Assembly (NCBI RefSeq): GCF_009914755.1
Contig: NC_060933.1
Direction: 5' to 3' (one strand)
From: the human T2T-CHM13v2.0 reference genome, Homo sapiens
DNA: 64,000 nucleotides
This document shows, one piece after another, positions 14,883 to 29,077 of the stretch (the stretch's first letter is position 1; each line of letters begins with the position of its first letter). Under the pieces are notes generated by a model. That model did no database searches, was not told where the DNA came from, and saw nothing but the letters and a program-made list of their open reading frames with translations. The position numbers were made by a program, and so were the translations under genes.

Positions 14883-15130
14883 TGTGTTAGGCATCCCCAC
14901 GACTACTCCCCAGGCTCAATGATTCACCTGGAAGACTCGCCCGTCTCAGCATATAGTTGTATCATGGCTACAATGTATTACAAGAAAGCAAAATGCAAAA
15001 TCGGCCAACGGAAAAGGGTATGGGATGAAGTCTGGAAGAAACTAGACACAAGCTTCCATGGGTCCTCTCCAAGTGGGGTCACATTTAATGCTGCCAACAA
15101 CCAGTTGTGACAATAAACATGAAATGTCTT
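14883..15130. mobile_element. MER21-family LTR fragment
   Basis: CCCCAGGCTCAATGATTCAC ... CTCAGCATATAGT ... CACAAGCTTCCA ... GTTGTGACAA resembles MER21. Confidence 0.7.
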
Positions 15131-17680
15131 AAGTTATTGCACGCAGGCTTACTATGTTAACTCTTTCCTGTACGGGGTCACAAATGGATTCCTGGAACGT
15201 GAGTTCTAATAATGCTATTGATTTAAATGCCCTAGCTAATTCCCAGAGGTAAACTGTCATAAATAGGAATTTGAGGGACTTAGTGCAGGTTGGGTATGTG
15301 AAATATACATGCAATTTGTTCTAATCTGTCAGTTAATTTCAGAGAATAACACAACATAAAACAAATCCATTATGTGTGTGATAAGAAATATAATTACCTA
15401 TTTCTATCTGGCTGCAATTATGTCAATAAAAAAGAAGTATACTGCCCCCTGCCCCATAAGATCTCAATTCAGTAGGACTGTCTTCAACTGAGACATAGGA
15501 TCAACCAAAAACACTGTCTTGTACACACATACCAAAAAATCTTAGAGAAAAATACTCTATCAGGCAATAAGAAGTAAACCTACTGTTGCTTTCCCCACTG
15601 TTCTCAGCATATCCCTAATTGGTACTACCAAAAAAAATAAATTATCTGCAATCCCAGGACTAAAACCTTTCCAAGCATCATTCAAACTAGGATAGTGTTT
15701 GTTCTTTCATTTCCTTCATTTGATCATGCTTTCAGAAACAATGCTTATCTTAAGGTCTCCTGAAATACGCCTTTTGGAAATTTACTGCAAAGTTATGATG
15801 GAAATTGAGTTGTTTTCATATGTGTGTTTAGAACTGTCTAAATGTAACAAAGTCGAGTTTGAGACTTCTAACTCACAAATAGAAGATTTTGCAATGTAAT
15901 GCACAATTTTCTTAACCTCAGAGATATGGCCTTGGCTTGATGGGGTAAAAGATCACATGAGGTTACTGGATGCATTTCTTGGCCTGTCAGGAGTTCATTT
16001 CAGTTCTTTGCTAGTGAGGTTTAGCATTGTGTGTGATGTTAGTCCTCATGAAAATGAGAGATGAGCCAAGTACTCTTTGCAACCTGGAATTGTTCAGCTT
16101 CACCAGAGTACTTAGCCAATGCAAGTTCTTCCCACTGTGCAATCTAGGGCTATTCTGATGACTGGTTCTACATTCAGAAGTCAGACTGCACTTGTACCTA
16201 AAAAGTAGTAGTACAGAAACTAAGTCTTTATGGTTTCAAGATAGGTGACATTTGCCTCTAACGTATTCATTACACAAGGACTAAAAGGCAAGGAACAACC
16301 ATTAGAGAAAAGGCATGCAAATAAAAGAATTGATACTAATATTTGTCCCTTATCTTTCATTTTCAGCTGGGAAAGTACAAGTAAAGAGCAATCTAAAAGC
16401 TTTTTTTTTTTTTGCAAAGGACACTTAAAAACCTTGACTAAAATATTTAGTTTTTAATAAGTGATATAATTTCATAACCACAGATTCTAACGCTGATAAA
16501 CTTATTCACTGCATTCCCTTGCTCAAGCAAGCCACCCACTAGAAAACAAGGAAGAAAAAAAAAAAATCGAACAGCCTCTGCACCATCTGATTTACCACGG
16601 GTTCTAAAAATTTATATGCAAGAACATACAAAGAAGGCTGAAAAAAGTACTCACATAGCCATGGCCATGCATTATTAATTTCAATTTCAACAGATATGAA
16701 TTATGCTTCATTTGCTCAAAGTAAATGTCAGTACAACCACATTTTTTCTCAAAGGGAATCTTGATCATTGAAATTACACAAGCAGTATACTTACAACAAA
16801 GGCAGCTCTCTTAGACTAGCACTTTGACAAATCAGGGATACTTCTCCATCCAATCCCTATCTTGTGAGATCCCACACATCTGGGAACAGGGCTGTAATTT
16901 ATCCACATGCAGTCAGCACATTTTAAAAACTCAGGTTGGCTTCCAAGACTGAACTCTCCAGAAAAGAATATAAATCTTGTTAACCTTAACTAGATTTAAG
17001 ATGGTGTATCCCCACTGTAAACCTAGGTACAGAACAATTTTTAAACACTGGTGTGAAGGCCAAAATTTTTTTTGGAATAATTCTCATGAGCAAGAGAGAA
17101 GAAATCAAAAATGACTTCAGGCATTTCAACGAGCTATAATCATCGAGGCTAGAAAAGAAGATATTCTGGTAAATTACCAAATTAAAGAAGAAATAAATTT
17201 AGTGACAACACTGCTTACAAGCAACACTCACAATAAGGTGAGACTCAAGGACACTTAGGTGTGTTGTTTGAGCCGCTGAAAGACCCATGTACCTCTACAC
17301 AGGTGGGGGAAAGATGGCCCCTGTAAAGGGGACATGCTCAAACCTTCAGTTACCTTTTCTGTTAAAAGTTCCACAAAAAGGCAATATCCTGACCACTGTC
17401 CAGGAATCATCATACATCTGCTGTGAAGAAGGGCCTTTCATCTGTGCTGGCCAGCCACATGGGCTCAGGCCAGACTCAATTAAGAAATGGGGGCAAGGGA
17501 GTGGGATAAAAGGAGGGAGGGCAAGATCCCTTCTCAATTTCTTGCTGAATATCCAGAATTATTTACTATCAACTCCTCCCCTGCTACCACCCCCACCATC
17601 CAACTGGAAAAACTGAGTTTATTTTACATTAAATAATCATACATATACACTGAATAATGCAACTTTCACTTAACTATCGA

Positions 17681-18035
17681 TTTATTTCATTTCATTTCAT
17701 TTCATTTCATTTCATTTCATTTCATTTCATTTCATTTCATTTTATTTTATTTTTTGAGACGGAGTCTCGCTCTGTTGCCCAGGCTGGAGTACAGTAGCAT
17801 GATCTCAGCTCACCACAACCTCCGCCTCCTGGGTTCAAGCGATTCTCCCACCTCAGCCTTTCAAGTAGCTGGGACTACAGGCACATGCCACAACAGCCAC
17901 CTAATTTTTTGTATTTCAGTAGAGACAGGGTTTCACCGTGTTAACCAGGATGGTCTAGATTTCCTGACCTCGTGATCCGCCCACCTCGGCCTCCCAAAGT
18001 GTTGGGATTACAGGCGTGAGCCACTGAGCCCAGCC
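17681..18035 (-). mobile_element. Alu (Sc-like)
   Basis: Antisense dimer; TSD AACTATCGA at 17672-17680 and 18036-18044. Confidence 0.93.
17685..17749 (+). repeat. (TTTCA)11(TTTTA)2 pentanucleotide repeat in an Alu tail
   Basis: TTTCA x11 at 17685-17739, TTTTA x2 at 17740-17749. Confidence 0.95.
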
Positions 18036-18412
18036 AACTATCGAATTTCTTAAAGAAGAAATTTAAACATTGACACTAGCTAATGTTATTGCTAAAAATG
18101 TGGGCATACTGTCAAATAAAGTATACAGATTTCTAAGTTGGCTTTCTCTCTTTAAGAACCACCTGCCTTAGGAGGAGGGTAAAGGGAGATTAAATCTATT
18201 TGGCTGTAAAGTAAATAGGTACCAAATGAAGTTTGCTTTTCCTAAATATCCTTTTACTTCTACATGGAAATTAATATTCACAGAAAAGAAGGAAAAAGAA
18301 AATACTCCTTCTCTCCTTAACAATAATGGCTATTATCAACTGGTTGGCAACCTAAACTTCAGGTTATCGGGAGAGATTAAAACAGTTCACCAACAATGTG
18401 CACTGCCAGGGG

Positions 18413-18450
18413 TGCCACCCGCCACCTGCCACCACCACCACCACCACCAC
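18413..18450. repeat. (CAC)n short repeat
   Basis: GCCACCCGCCACCTG followed by a CCA/CAC run. Confidence 0.8.
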
Positions 18451-19179
18451 AGCTGTGACATGTGAGAAGCCCACTCCAGAAGGCCAATCTGATTTCCTCC
18501 TACGACAGGAGAGTGTGCCATAGTCAAGGAAGAGCAGACGTCCCTCTCTCTTGATTTCTCTATTCCCTTTTATACCAACACAAGTGGTGAAGTCAAATGT
18601 GGGTAGCCTATTATTGGCTTCATGCCCATTAAGTAAGTAAACAACAAAGTAATAAAGACTTGGAATCAACTGGAGATACAGAATGACAGACTATGGCAAT
18701 CTGTCTTGAAATCTAAAAACTTCCCTATCTTTACTGACAGTATTAACAAAAATAGTTGTTTTTCCCTGATCTAACTACAAATCTTATTGTAACAGGTTCC
18801 TCTACTTTCCTTTAGAGAATGAACAGGGTAGAATTACAAATGCTAGAAATTGGGAATAAAGTTTAAATGAATCTGATCTTGGAAGGATGTTCCTAGAATT
18901 AGGATGAAATTCAATAGCAGTAAAAACTCTCAGAATTGAAAAAAAATCCAAGCAAATACATGATAAAGGGAAAAGGAAAAATGCAGAAGACTATGTACAC
19001 ATCACAGATGACCACAGATCAAAAACAGGACTAGCAGTGCAATGCTGTATCAAGAAAAATGAAACAAACATGAACTGGTACTGGTAGAGAAAGTTATTGA
19101 GTGCCCTTTGCACTAAAATTGCTGTAATTGTTGGGATAATTTATTTAGACAAAAAGACAAAGATTTCTAGAGTCACACG

Positions 19180-19672
19180 AATGTCAGGGAGGAAAGACAG
19201 AATTATCTACTCTGACTTCATCAAGGCACACATCAAGTGCTGGGTTTCATTACAGGTAATTTTTAAAAGATGAGAACAATCAGGATATTAAGGAACAAGA
19301 TTTCATTCCTGCTTTATGAGAAATGATGGCAAGAACTCACGATGGTTCATAAAAGGAAGAAAGCCATCCCCAAGGGTGTCATGAGGCCAACTTCAATTAC
19401 TGGGAGAAACAAATGTGTTCCAGTGGGTTCCAGTCTCTCCGTGTTCCCCAGGAATAGAATCTGAAGCTAGTTACAGGACAGATTTCAGCTCAATGAAAGA
19501 TTTCTAATAAACAGATGACTGAAGATGGAATTAATTGGGGGATAATGTTCTCATCACTGAATTTAGAGGGGAACAGACTTAACGACAAATTGGGGATGTC
19601 ACAGACGCCACTCAAGTATGGGGTGCATGCTTGGACTTTAAAGCACATTCTTAACTGAGATTCTATAATTAT
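19180..19672 (+). mobile_element. L3/CR1 3' fragment
   Basis: GTTACAGGACAGATTTCAGCTCAAT ... TTTCTAA ... AACTGAGATTCTATAATT resembles the CR1/L3 3' terminus. Confidence 0.6.
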
Positions 19673-21294
19673 AACTCTCTATGAAAGACTTCACATGTGT
19701 TAATTACAGTCATCAAGACTCATAAAGCACACTTCCTGGAAAGACGGCAGCCCTCTAAAAACAGCAACTTCCTTTCTATCCCTCAAGATGAACAAGAAGA
19801 AAAAAAATGTAGAAAGAAAAACCTTATCTACATTAATAATAGCAACGGACCTATCAACCAGAAGTAATACAAATGGACCAAACAGAAGCGGCTGAGTCTA
19901 CACACAGCTCTTCTGCTTGTAAAAACAGTACAATGTTGAGGGAAATAAGTGACAAAGGTTCTCAAAGACTCCCTTATGTCCCCCAACTTCAAGGAACATG
20001 TAATGTCTAATTAGAACTCACATTCCTACCTATTCTAGCCATGAAGGGGCTAAAGAGGAACAACATAGCCAACAGATCTGTTTTCCCCTCTGACTTGACA
20101 TATTTACTGGAAAAGTTGAGGGCTAAAAGCAAGACTACTTTGCAAAGTGGTCTAGAAACGCAGAGAAAAAGACCCTATAGATGCACAGCAAGAAAATCCC
20201 AAAAACAGCAAGGCTCCATTCTGAATGACTTCTCATCAAAGTGGCTGGCTCACTCAAAAGAGAAGGACAAACAGAATCAGTTGTGAGATGAAGCAAAGTT
20301 CATAGTAGCCACTGCCAGAGAGCACTCCCTACCACTCTACTCAGACAACTGAACAGCTAAAAATAGAATATATACCATCATCTTCCAGTCCTCCAGCTCA
20401 AGTGCTAAGGGAAAGATACAAACAGACCCAAGACAAATAGGGAAGGAAGTCAATGAGATTCCACCCACCCTATTTTTGGACAAATACAAGGGCCAGACAA
20501 AATTTGGAACATTCCTAAGCACAAATGAAGACAAGGCAAAGGACACGCAAAAGAAAAATGAAGAGAATGCTTTGAAAGGTTTACTCTAGAAAACAGAAGA
20601 AAAAAATGGACTATAATTGCTTTGCACTATATCAAGAAAATGTAACAAAATGTGCATTGTTGAAATAGGACATTCTAAAAAATAAGGTGAAACAAAAATT
20701 GTCAGAACTAAGAAAGGAAATAAGGAGAAAAAACAATAATACTGCAGAACTTAAAAATGAATCTGAAGCATCAAAGAGATAGCAGGTACTTCATTCATTT
20801 AACACCTACTTACTGGCACTTGACATTGATATTCAAAACAGTGCCAAATCAGCATTGCAGACAAGAGATTTGGGCAAACCACACAAATAATGGAGAGATA
20901 CAGCAATTAGAGGGAAGCTAACAGCTTTGGCAGAGAAACAACAAAAATTCAATTATGAATGATTGGTGTACCTAAAGAAGAAAAACAATTCCTGTGGAAT
21001 ATTAAAAAAAATTCAATGATAAAATAGGCAAGATCCTTGAAATGAAAGAATATTATAGAGATGGAGTGGGTTCAGTGCTTCAAGATAAATAACAAAAATT
21101 ATAAAACACTGAAGCATAACCTGGATACGTTGTTAAGCTTTCATGTTATAGAAACAAATAACCAAATTTTTAAAAAAGCAAATCACAAAGAAAAAATATT
21201 CAGGCTGGCCACAGACTTATCAAATCTATCTGCTGGGAAACAATGGAGAAAAATCTACTACGTGGCAAGCAAGGTAGGTAAAAAAGAGGTCTAA

Positions 21295-21625
<331 letters not shown>

Positions 21626-22431
21626 TCGGAAAGGCATTTTCAAATACCCAAGAATTCAGGAAATATATCACCCATGGACCCATCATTTAAAAACCTATCT
21701 GAAGGTATAATCTAGCCAACTCATAGATAAAAATAAATAAAAGCATATAATTAAATTGAGAGAAGAAATATTTGGTGATAAGCATTTAAACACAGAACTA
21801 ATGCTAAATATGCATCTTAATTGCAGACACAAATATATATATACATATATGTACACAATTTCTCAAGGAAAACAGAATAAGTGATAAATGACAATATACT
21901 TAAATGAGGTTCCTTAGGTTTAATTATAATGATTCCCTGTGATCATCCCTGATATTCAATATGAAATCAAAGGGCTAAGAGTTTTAGAAAGTGTGAAAAT
22001 AAATAAACTCTAGGTATGAAATTTGAGAAACTACTACAGAATCACTTTCAAAACATTAAAGATCACATTGGCTGCAAGATCAAATATTAACTTGATGCTA
22101 GCAGAGATGGACAAAAGACAGTGAAGAAAGGGGGCGTAAGTGGAAAGAAGAGTAAACTACTTCAGGATTAAGAGGGCAGAAATAGGTGAATTGCTAGGAA
22201 TCCGTAATCAGAAGGAAGAACAGAATAAAGGAAATGTAAGTTAGAGCAATGAACGTGGCAGTGATCTGAACACCATAAACACCTCTCCTTCCATCTGACA
22301 CAAATACCCATATTATATTGAAATTAAGGTAATTTCAATTTTATGCTTAGCCTTTTAATAACCATCAATAAATCCTAGACTTCAGAAAGATGCCCTTAGC
22401 CATTGACAATTTTATGTTTTTCTTACAAGAC

Positions 22432-22647
22432 TTTTTTTTTTTTTATTATACTTTAAGTTTTAGGGTACATGTGCACAACATGCAGGTTAGTTCCATATGT
22501 ATACATGTACCGTGTTGGTGTGCTGCACCCATTAACTCGTTATTTAACATTAGGTATATCTCCTAATGCTATCCCTCCCCGCTCCCCCCACCCCACAACA
22601 GGCCCCGGTTTGTGATGTTCCCCTTCCTGCGTCCATGTGTTCTCATT
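22432..22647 (-). mobile_element. 5'-truncated L1PA (3' UTR end)
   Basis: TTATTATACTTTAAGTTTTAGGGTACATGTGCACAAC...; TSD TCT(T/A)ACAAGACTTTT. Confidence 0.92.
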
Positions 22648-22865
22648 TCTAACAAGACTTTTATCATTTTATATATCCAATGTTGCCTCTGAGAAGACTA
22701 TTAAGAAAATAAATATATAAAATAAAATGTGTTGATGTTATTACTAACCACGAAGACTTAGAGAACCATTCTAAGTCTGGTATTGCTAATTTGTCTATAA
22801 CAGACAGGAACAAAAAAGTTAATACACGCAAATAAAATACCACAAAAAGCAGAAAATGGAGTAAT

Positions 22866-23066
22866 CAGAGGTTGGCAAATACCTGCCAGAATGCCAAATC
22901 CTGCTTCTGTTTGTTTTTGTAAATAAAATTGTATTTGAACATAGCCATACTCATTTATTAACAAACTGTTTGTGGCAGAGTTGAGTAGTTCTAATAGAAG
23001 CCATATAGCCCAAAAGCCAAAAATGTTTACTATCTAACCCTTAAAGTTTGCTGATGATCCTTGGTA
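22866..23066. mobile_element. MER58A-like hAT-Charlie MITE
   Basis: CAGAGGTTGGCAAA ... TTTTTGTAAATAAA ... GCAGAGTTGAGTAGTT ... AAAGTTTGCTGA. Confidence 0.75.
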
Positions 23067-23461
23067 TAGGTGAAAAAAATTTCCCTCCCATGCAGGGGAG
23101 GGACATATAATACCATTTGATCTCTGAAGATGATAAACTGAGAAACATAAATTGAATATGACTACTAAAAGTTATATAGGCTACCAACAGTAAAATTAAA
23201 AGCAGAGTACATACCTTTCAAATTATCAGTGTGGAAAGCACAACAAACCCAATACAAATTCCAAAGGAGTGAGAAAGAGAAAAGGAAATAATGGAGGAGG
23301 AATAGGGGTAGCTGCAAGAAATCAAGAAAGAATCAGAAAACAGAAATCAGACGCCAATACACCCTAACATTATTCATCATACATCAAGTGTAACAAGAAC
23401 AAACTCAACTATTTTAAGAAAAGATTCACTCAGGCTGAGGTTTAAAAAAACAAAAACTTTA

Positions 23462-23823
<362 letters not shown>

Positions 23824-23937
23824 TTAATAACGATGCTGAGTTCAAGATATAATAGCATTAACTTACATAAAAGGTAATGCGGTAATGACAAAATTTTAAT
23901 TCTCATCGACGTTTTTTAGGTACCTCATAAAAGAGTA

Positions 23938-24518
23938 CAGTCCTACACCACATTAACAATGTTTCAGTCAACAACAGACCACGTAAATAACTGTGGTCCC
24001 ACAAGATTATAATGGAGCTGAAAAATTCCTATCGCCTACTGACATCGTAGTTATCATAATGCAACACATTAGTCACATGTTTGTGGTAATACTTGTGTAA
24101 CAAACCTACCAAGCTGCCAGTTGTACAAAAGTGTACAGTCATGTCCTAGACCCTCACATTCACTCACCACTCACTGACACCCAGAGCAATTTCCAGCCTG
24201 CAAGCTCCATTTATGGTAAGTGCGCTCTATGTGTATCATATTTTATCTTTTATTACTGAACCTTTTCTATGTTAAGATATGTTTGGATACACAAATACTT
24301 ACCACTGTGCTACAAAAGCCCGCAGCGTTCAGTACAATAACATGCTTTACAGGTTTGCAGCCTGGGAACAATAGGCTTTACCACATAGCCTATATGTGTG
24401 TTGTAGGCTATACAATCTAGATTTGTGTAAGTACACTCTACAAGGCTCACACAATAACAACATCATCTGGCCACAAATTTCTCAGAAGGTATCCCCATTG
24501 TTAAGCAACACATAACTG
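23938..24518. mobile_element. Tigger3-family (TcMar) non-autonomous DNA transposon
   Basis: Imperfect TIRs CAGTCCTACACCACATTAACAATG / CATTGTTAAGCAACACATAACTG, with TA on both sides. Confidence 0.8.
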
Positions 24519-25522
24519 TACTTACATAGAGCAAAATTTCTGGAATAGGAGAAATTGCCACAAACACCAGAGTCATGGAAGACTTCTGCAAAATTCTCAG
24601 TACTTGGCAGATTCACACACAATATAAGGAAGCAGATTAGCAGCAAATATCAGTCATAAAATTAAATAATACACATATATTTATGGTTTTAAGACAAACA
24701 CACATATGCATTTTATGTACCCATAAAACAAAAATTGACTATATATATTAGACTACAATAAATTCCAAAAAGTAGAAACAGTACAGACCACATTCTATCA
24801 AAATGACCTCAGAATAAATAACTAAGGTTGAAAAAAAACTACAACCACTTGAAAAATTTAAACTATATTAAACAATCTTGGTTCAAAAACAAAAATAAAA
24901 ATTGTAATTTTAGAATATCTGTAAAAGGATAAGAATGCTACATAGGGACATGTAATAAAATGCAAAGCCTTAAACACTACTAATTCAAATTGAGAAAATA
25001 TTTTTTAAAATAATCTAAGAATTCTGATTCAAGAAAAAGTAAAAAATAAACTTAGAAAAATTCCAAGAAAAAAGTAATAAAGATAAGAAAAATTAACAAG
25101 AATGTCAAGACAACTCAATGAGAAAAGAATACGTTTTTTTCAACAAATGGTGCTGGGACAACTGGATATTCACACGCAAAGGATTATGTTGAAACCCCAC
25201 ATCACACCACATACAAAAATCAACTCAAAGTGTAAGACCTAAAACTACAAAACTCTTAGTAGAAAAGAGACGTAAATTTTTGTGACCTTGGATTTTTCCA
25301 ATGGTTTCTTCCATATGAGACCAAAAAGCAGAAGCAATTCTTATAGATAAACTGGACTTCATCACCATTTAAAACTGTTGCGCTTCAGAACAATTCTGCA
25401 TATAGCCAAACCTATCATTTAATCTTATCAGTTCTGTTCTTTTCCCCCTTGGAGACATTTGTCCTAGGGCACTCCATCTTTCCATAAAGAAAACCATCAA
25501 AGTTTTAGAAATATATAAATTA

Positions 25523-25813
25523 GGCCAGGCACAGTGGCCCACACCTGTAATCCCAGCACTTTGGGAGGCCAAGGTGGGCGGATCACGAGGCCAGGAGATC
25601 GAGACCATCCTGGCTAACACAGTGAAGCCCTGTCTCTACTAAAAATACAAAAAATTAGCCAGGCGTCCCAGCTACTGTAGTCCCAGCTACTCGGGAGGGC
25701 TGAGGCAGGAGAACTGATTGAACCCGGGAGGCGGAGGTTGCAGTGAGCCAAGATCACGCCACTGCACTCCGGCCTGGGCGACAGAGCAAGACTCTGTCTC
25801 AAAAAAAAAAAAA
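25523..25813 (+). mobile_element. Alu (Sc/Y-like)
   Basis: GAGATCGAGACCATCCTGGCTAACA diagnostic motif; A tail. Confidence 0.92.
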
Positions 25814-26053
25814 GAAATACAGAAATAAAGTGAAAGCTAAAAGTGATAGAAAATCTAATTCAAATGATAAGTTCAGGCATCTGTTAATTATTTTTGTAGG
25901 CATGTTTTGTAATTTTGTTAGTATATTTTGTAAGCAGTTTAGAAAATAAAAACTGTAAAATGAATACTGATTCAATAAAATGCAAATAAACACAACAAAG
26001 ACATGTCTTTTTTTTAACCCATTAAATAGACATAATCCAAGGACAGCTAAAAC

Positions 26054-26102
26054 TGTTATGTGTTGTGTTACGTTACGTTATGTTATGTTATGTTATGTTA
26101 TG
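26054..26102. repeat. (GTTAT)n pentanucleotide repeat, imperfect
   Basis: GTTAC x2 then GTTAT x5. Confidence 0.85.
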
Positions 26103-26256
26103 GACCAAAACGGCTGATAATCAAACTCTAAAAAATGTGCATGAAAAGAATCATACAGCGTGCAAAAATACCCAACAATGTTCACTGTAGCACTGATTAT
26201 AACATTTTCTTAATAGAATCAAAGTAAATATTCATTAAAAGGTATCAGGTATAAAT

Positions 26257-26461
26257 GGTACTGTGCTGATATTTAACAATTAGTTCTTCCAGAGATGGGA
26301 GTAAGACCTAATCTGTATCTGCCAATTTCTGTGGTGTAAACCCTAGCAACATGTCTGATTTCAAGCTACCAAAGTTCGGTCACTAAATGTAAAGTTGAGA
26401 CAAAAAAATGATCAAAACTGGCTTTCGTGAGCAGGTACAAACTAGCTGCATCACAGCACTG
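26257..26461. mobile_element. MER63-like hAT-Blackjack MITE
   Basis: TGCCAATTTCTGTGGTGTAAA ... GATTTCAAGCTACCAA ... CAGCACTG. Confidence 0.7.
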
Positions 26462-28749
26462 TATGATTCAAAATGCACGGAGGAAACACTAAACAGCCAT
26501 AAATATGTTCCAAAAGATTTATATTAACATGGCAAGACATCCTACATATTACTGAATGAAAAAAATCCAATTACACATAGAACAGCTTATGCTGTGTCAT
26601 CTGTGACACTGAAACTTGTATGTACATTTCACCTTCATTTTGAAAGAAAAAGAACCATACATCAGAGATGTATAACACACTACATTCAATCTAGTTTTGT
26701 CCATAACAATGGCAGTAAATCTAGCTTTCATGGAATATCTAAAGCAGATCATGATTTTTATTTTAAAACAGAATAGCAAAAGATCAACAGTTTTGGCTTG
26801 ATAGTAATTAAAAACTTCTGTATCAAATAATACAAAACAAAAGGAAAACAACAGACTGGGGTTAAGTTTTTGGCAATAAAAATGACAAAAGGCTAATTTC
26901 ATTTGTAGGTTTGGAGTTCAAAAATAGGCAAAGGAAATGAAGAAACAATTCACAAAAGAAGCAATTCAACTAGAAACAAACATGGGGAAATGATCATTCT
27001 CACTAATGATCAATGCAAAGTTTAGAATTATGTACCATTTTTGCCTCCTAACTTACTGATATTCTAATAATATTGTTCATGATGCTGGAAACTGTATACA
27101 ATCGTTTCAGAATATGTTTTGGGTGTGTATAACCAAGGTTGTAAAATTTTTCATATCCTCAGACCTAGAAATAACATTTCCATGAATCTATTCTAACAAA
27201 ATTATGTGTGTGCATGTTTTAAAAAGCTATCTCCACCAAGAACTTCATCACAGCATTATTTTTAAAATGAAATCATTGGGAGAAACCTAAATGTACAAAA
27301 AAAAAAGAGTAAACAAGTAAACAATATACATCCTCTCAAAAGAATCTTATACAGTCTTTTCAAATGTTAATATGAAGTCTACATAGCCACATAAAAAATG
27401 CTTACAACCTAATGTTAAGTTGTACAGTATGATCACATCTATGTAAAAAACATAAAAATAAAACAGACTATAAAGGAATGTGCAAAAAGAGCATGGTTCT
27501 TAGTTTAGACTGGTATATTTTTGATAAATTTATGAATATTTTAAAAAGTTTTATTAAATTTTGTGCAAAAAACTTGCATTATTTGTAAAATTTCAAAATC
27601 ACTGAAAAACAGGCTATAAAAAATAATGTAATTAAATAACAGAATGTGGGTTGTCATTCTTTCAAAGACTAGCATGAAAACAACATAATGTATTTCTTAA
27701 GAATGTCAGAACATTAAGTGGAAGAAAATAAACATTTCTTCTCGACTCAAACTTGGACTGTCTATTAAGCACAATAGCTTTTCTCCTTACCAAACTTTTT
27801 TTTTTACTATTTTACAAACAACCAAACCACCAAATGACAGTATCTCAAGTGCTCTTATTTCATTCCAAAAAGAGAATAAAAGACAAGGTAAATTCAGGCC
27901 ACAGCATACTGCTTAAGGATACATTATAGTATAAAACATAAAGAATATTTTTAATAGAAATCATTGTGTCAACCCACAAGTAAGGACTAGGCATGCACAA
28001 CACATTAATTCTGAGATGGATACACTGTAATTTGAGTAGCAATTCATAGGTAGACTCCAGGGGTTTAGAAACATCCTCCCACCCGCTGCAGAAGAATCTG
28101 TTCTCATAACAAGCATGGCCTAGAGTAGAAAGCCCTACAAAAAATACGTTTCTCAAAGGACAGAGCTAGTGATTTTCATGAAAATATACTTTGAATCAGG
28201 ATTTCCCTAAAGAAATATTGATGAAGTCCTGTAATTTCCTCCATTAAAATGCCACTCTTTACCAAGATGTATTGGATAAGGAAACACAAACTGTTTCTCT
28301 GAAAATGATAAAGCAATATACAGGTATTTTCTCCCATATAAGATGAGAAAATGCATGGGACTCATTACTACAAGAAGTGGTATGTGCCCAAAATTTGTAA
28401 TCGTTTCTAACGTGATCTGGATAACATCTTAGATGGTAACCCATGGCAAAACAGGAGAAGGTAGAATGTTCAGAGGACACCCATTCGTTAGCTCTGAAAG
28501 ACAGCAAGAACCTTCCACCTCCAGACTCCATGTCAGAGCCAAACTTGACTCCAATAGGAGATAGTGCTTGCCAATTCATTAATTCTTGGACCATTAGAAT
28601 GTAATTGATAAATAAAAATATAAAGGTTCATTTCAAGTACCTTTTGTTTCTGCACTACTGAGTTTTTCTCTCAAATTATTAAAAATTATTCAAATTAACC
28701 AAAACATATGCAGCTTCATTTTGAATGTCGGTCATAATTAGAGACTTTA

Positions 28750-29077
<328 letters not shown>

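Noticed and set aside
18226-18465. ORF ending in a His run
   Set aside because: The run comes from a short (CAC)n repeat, with no other coding signal.
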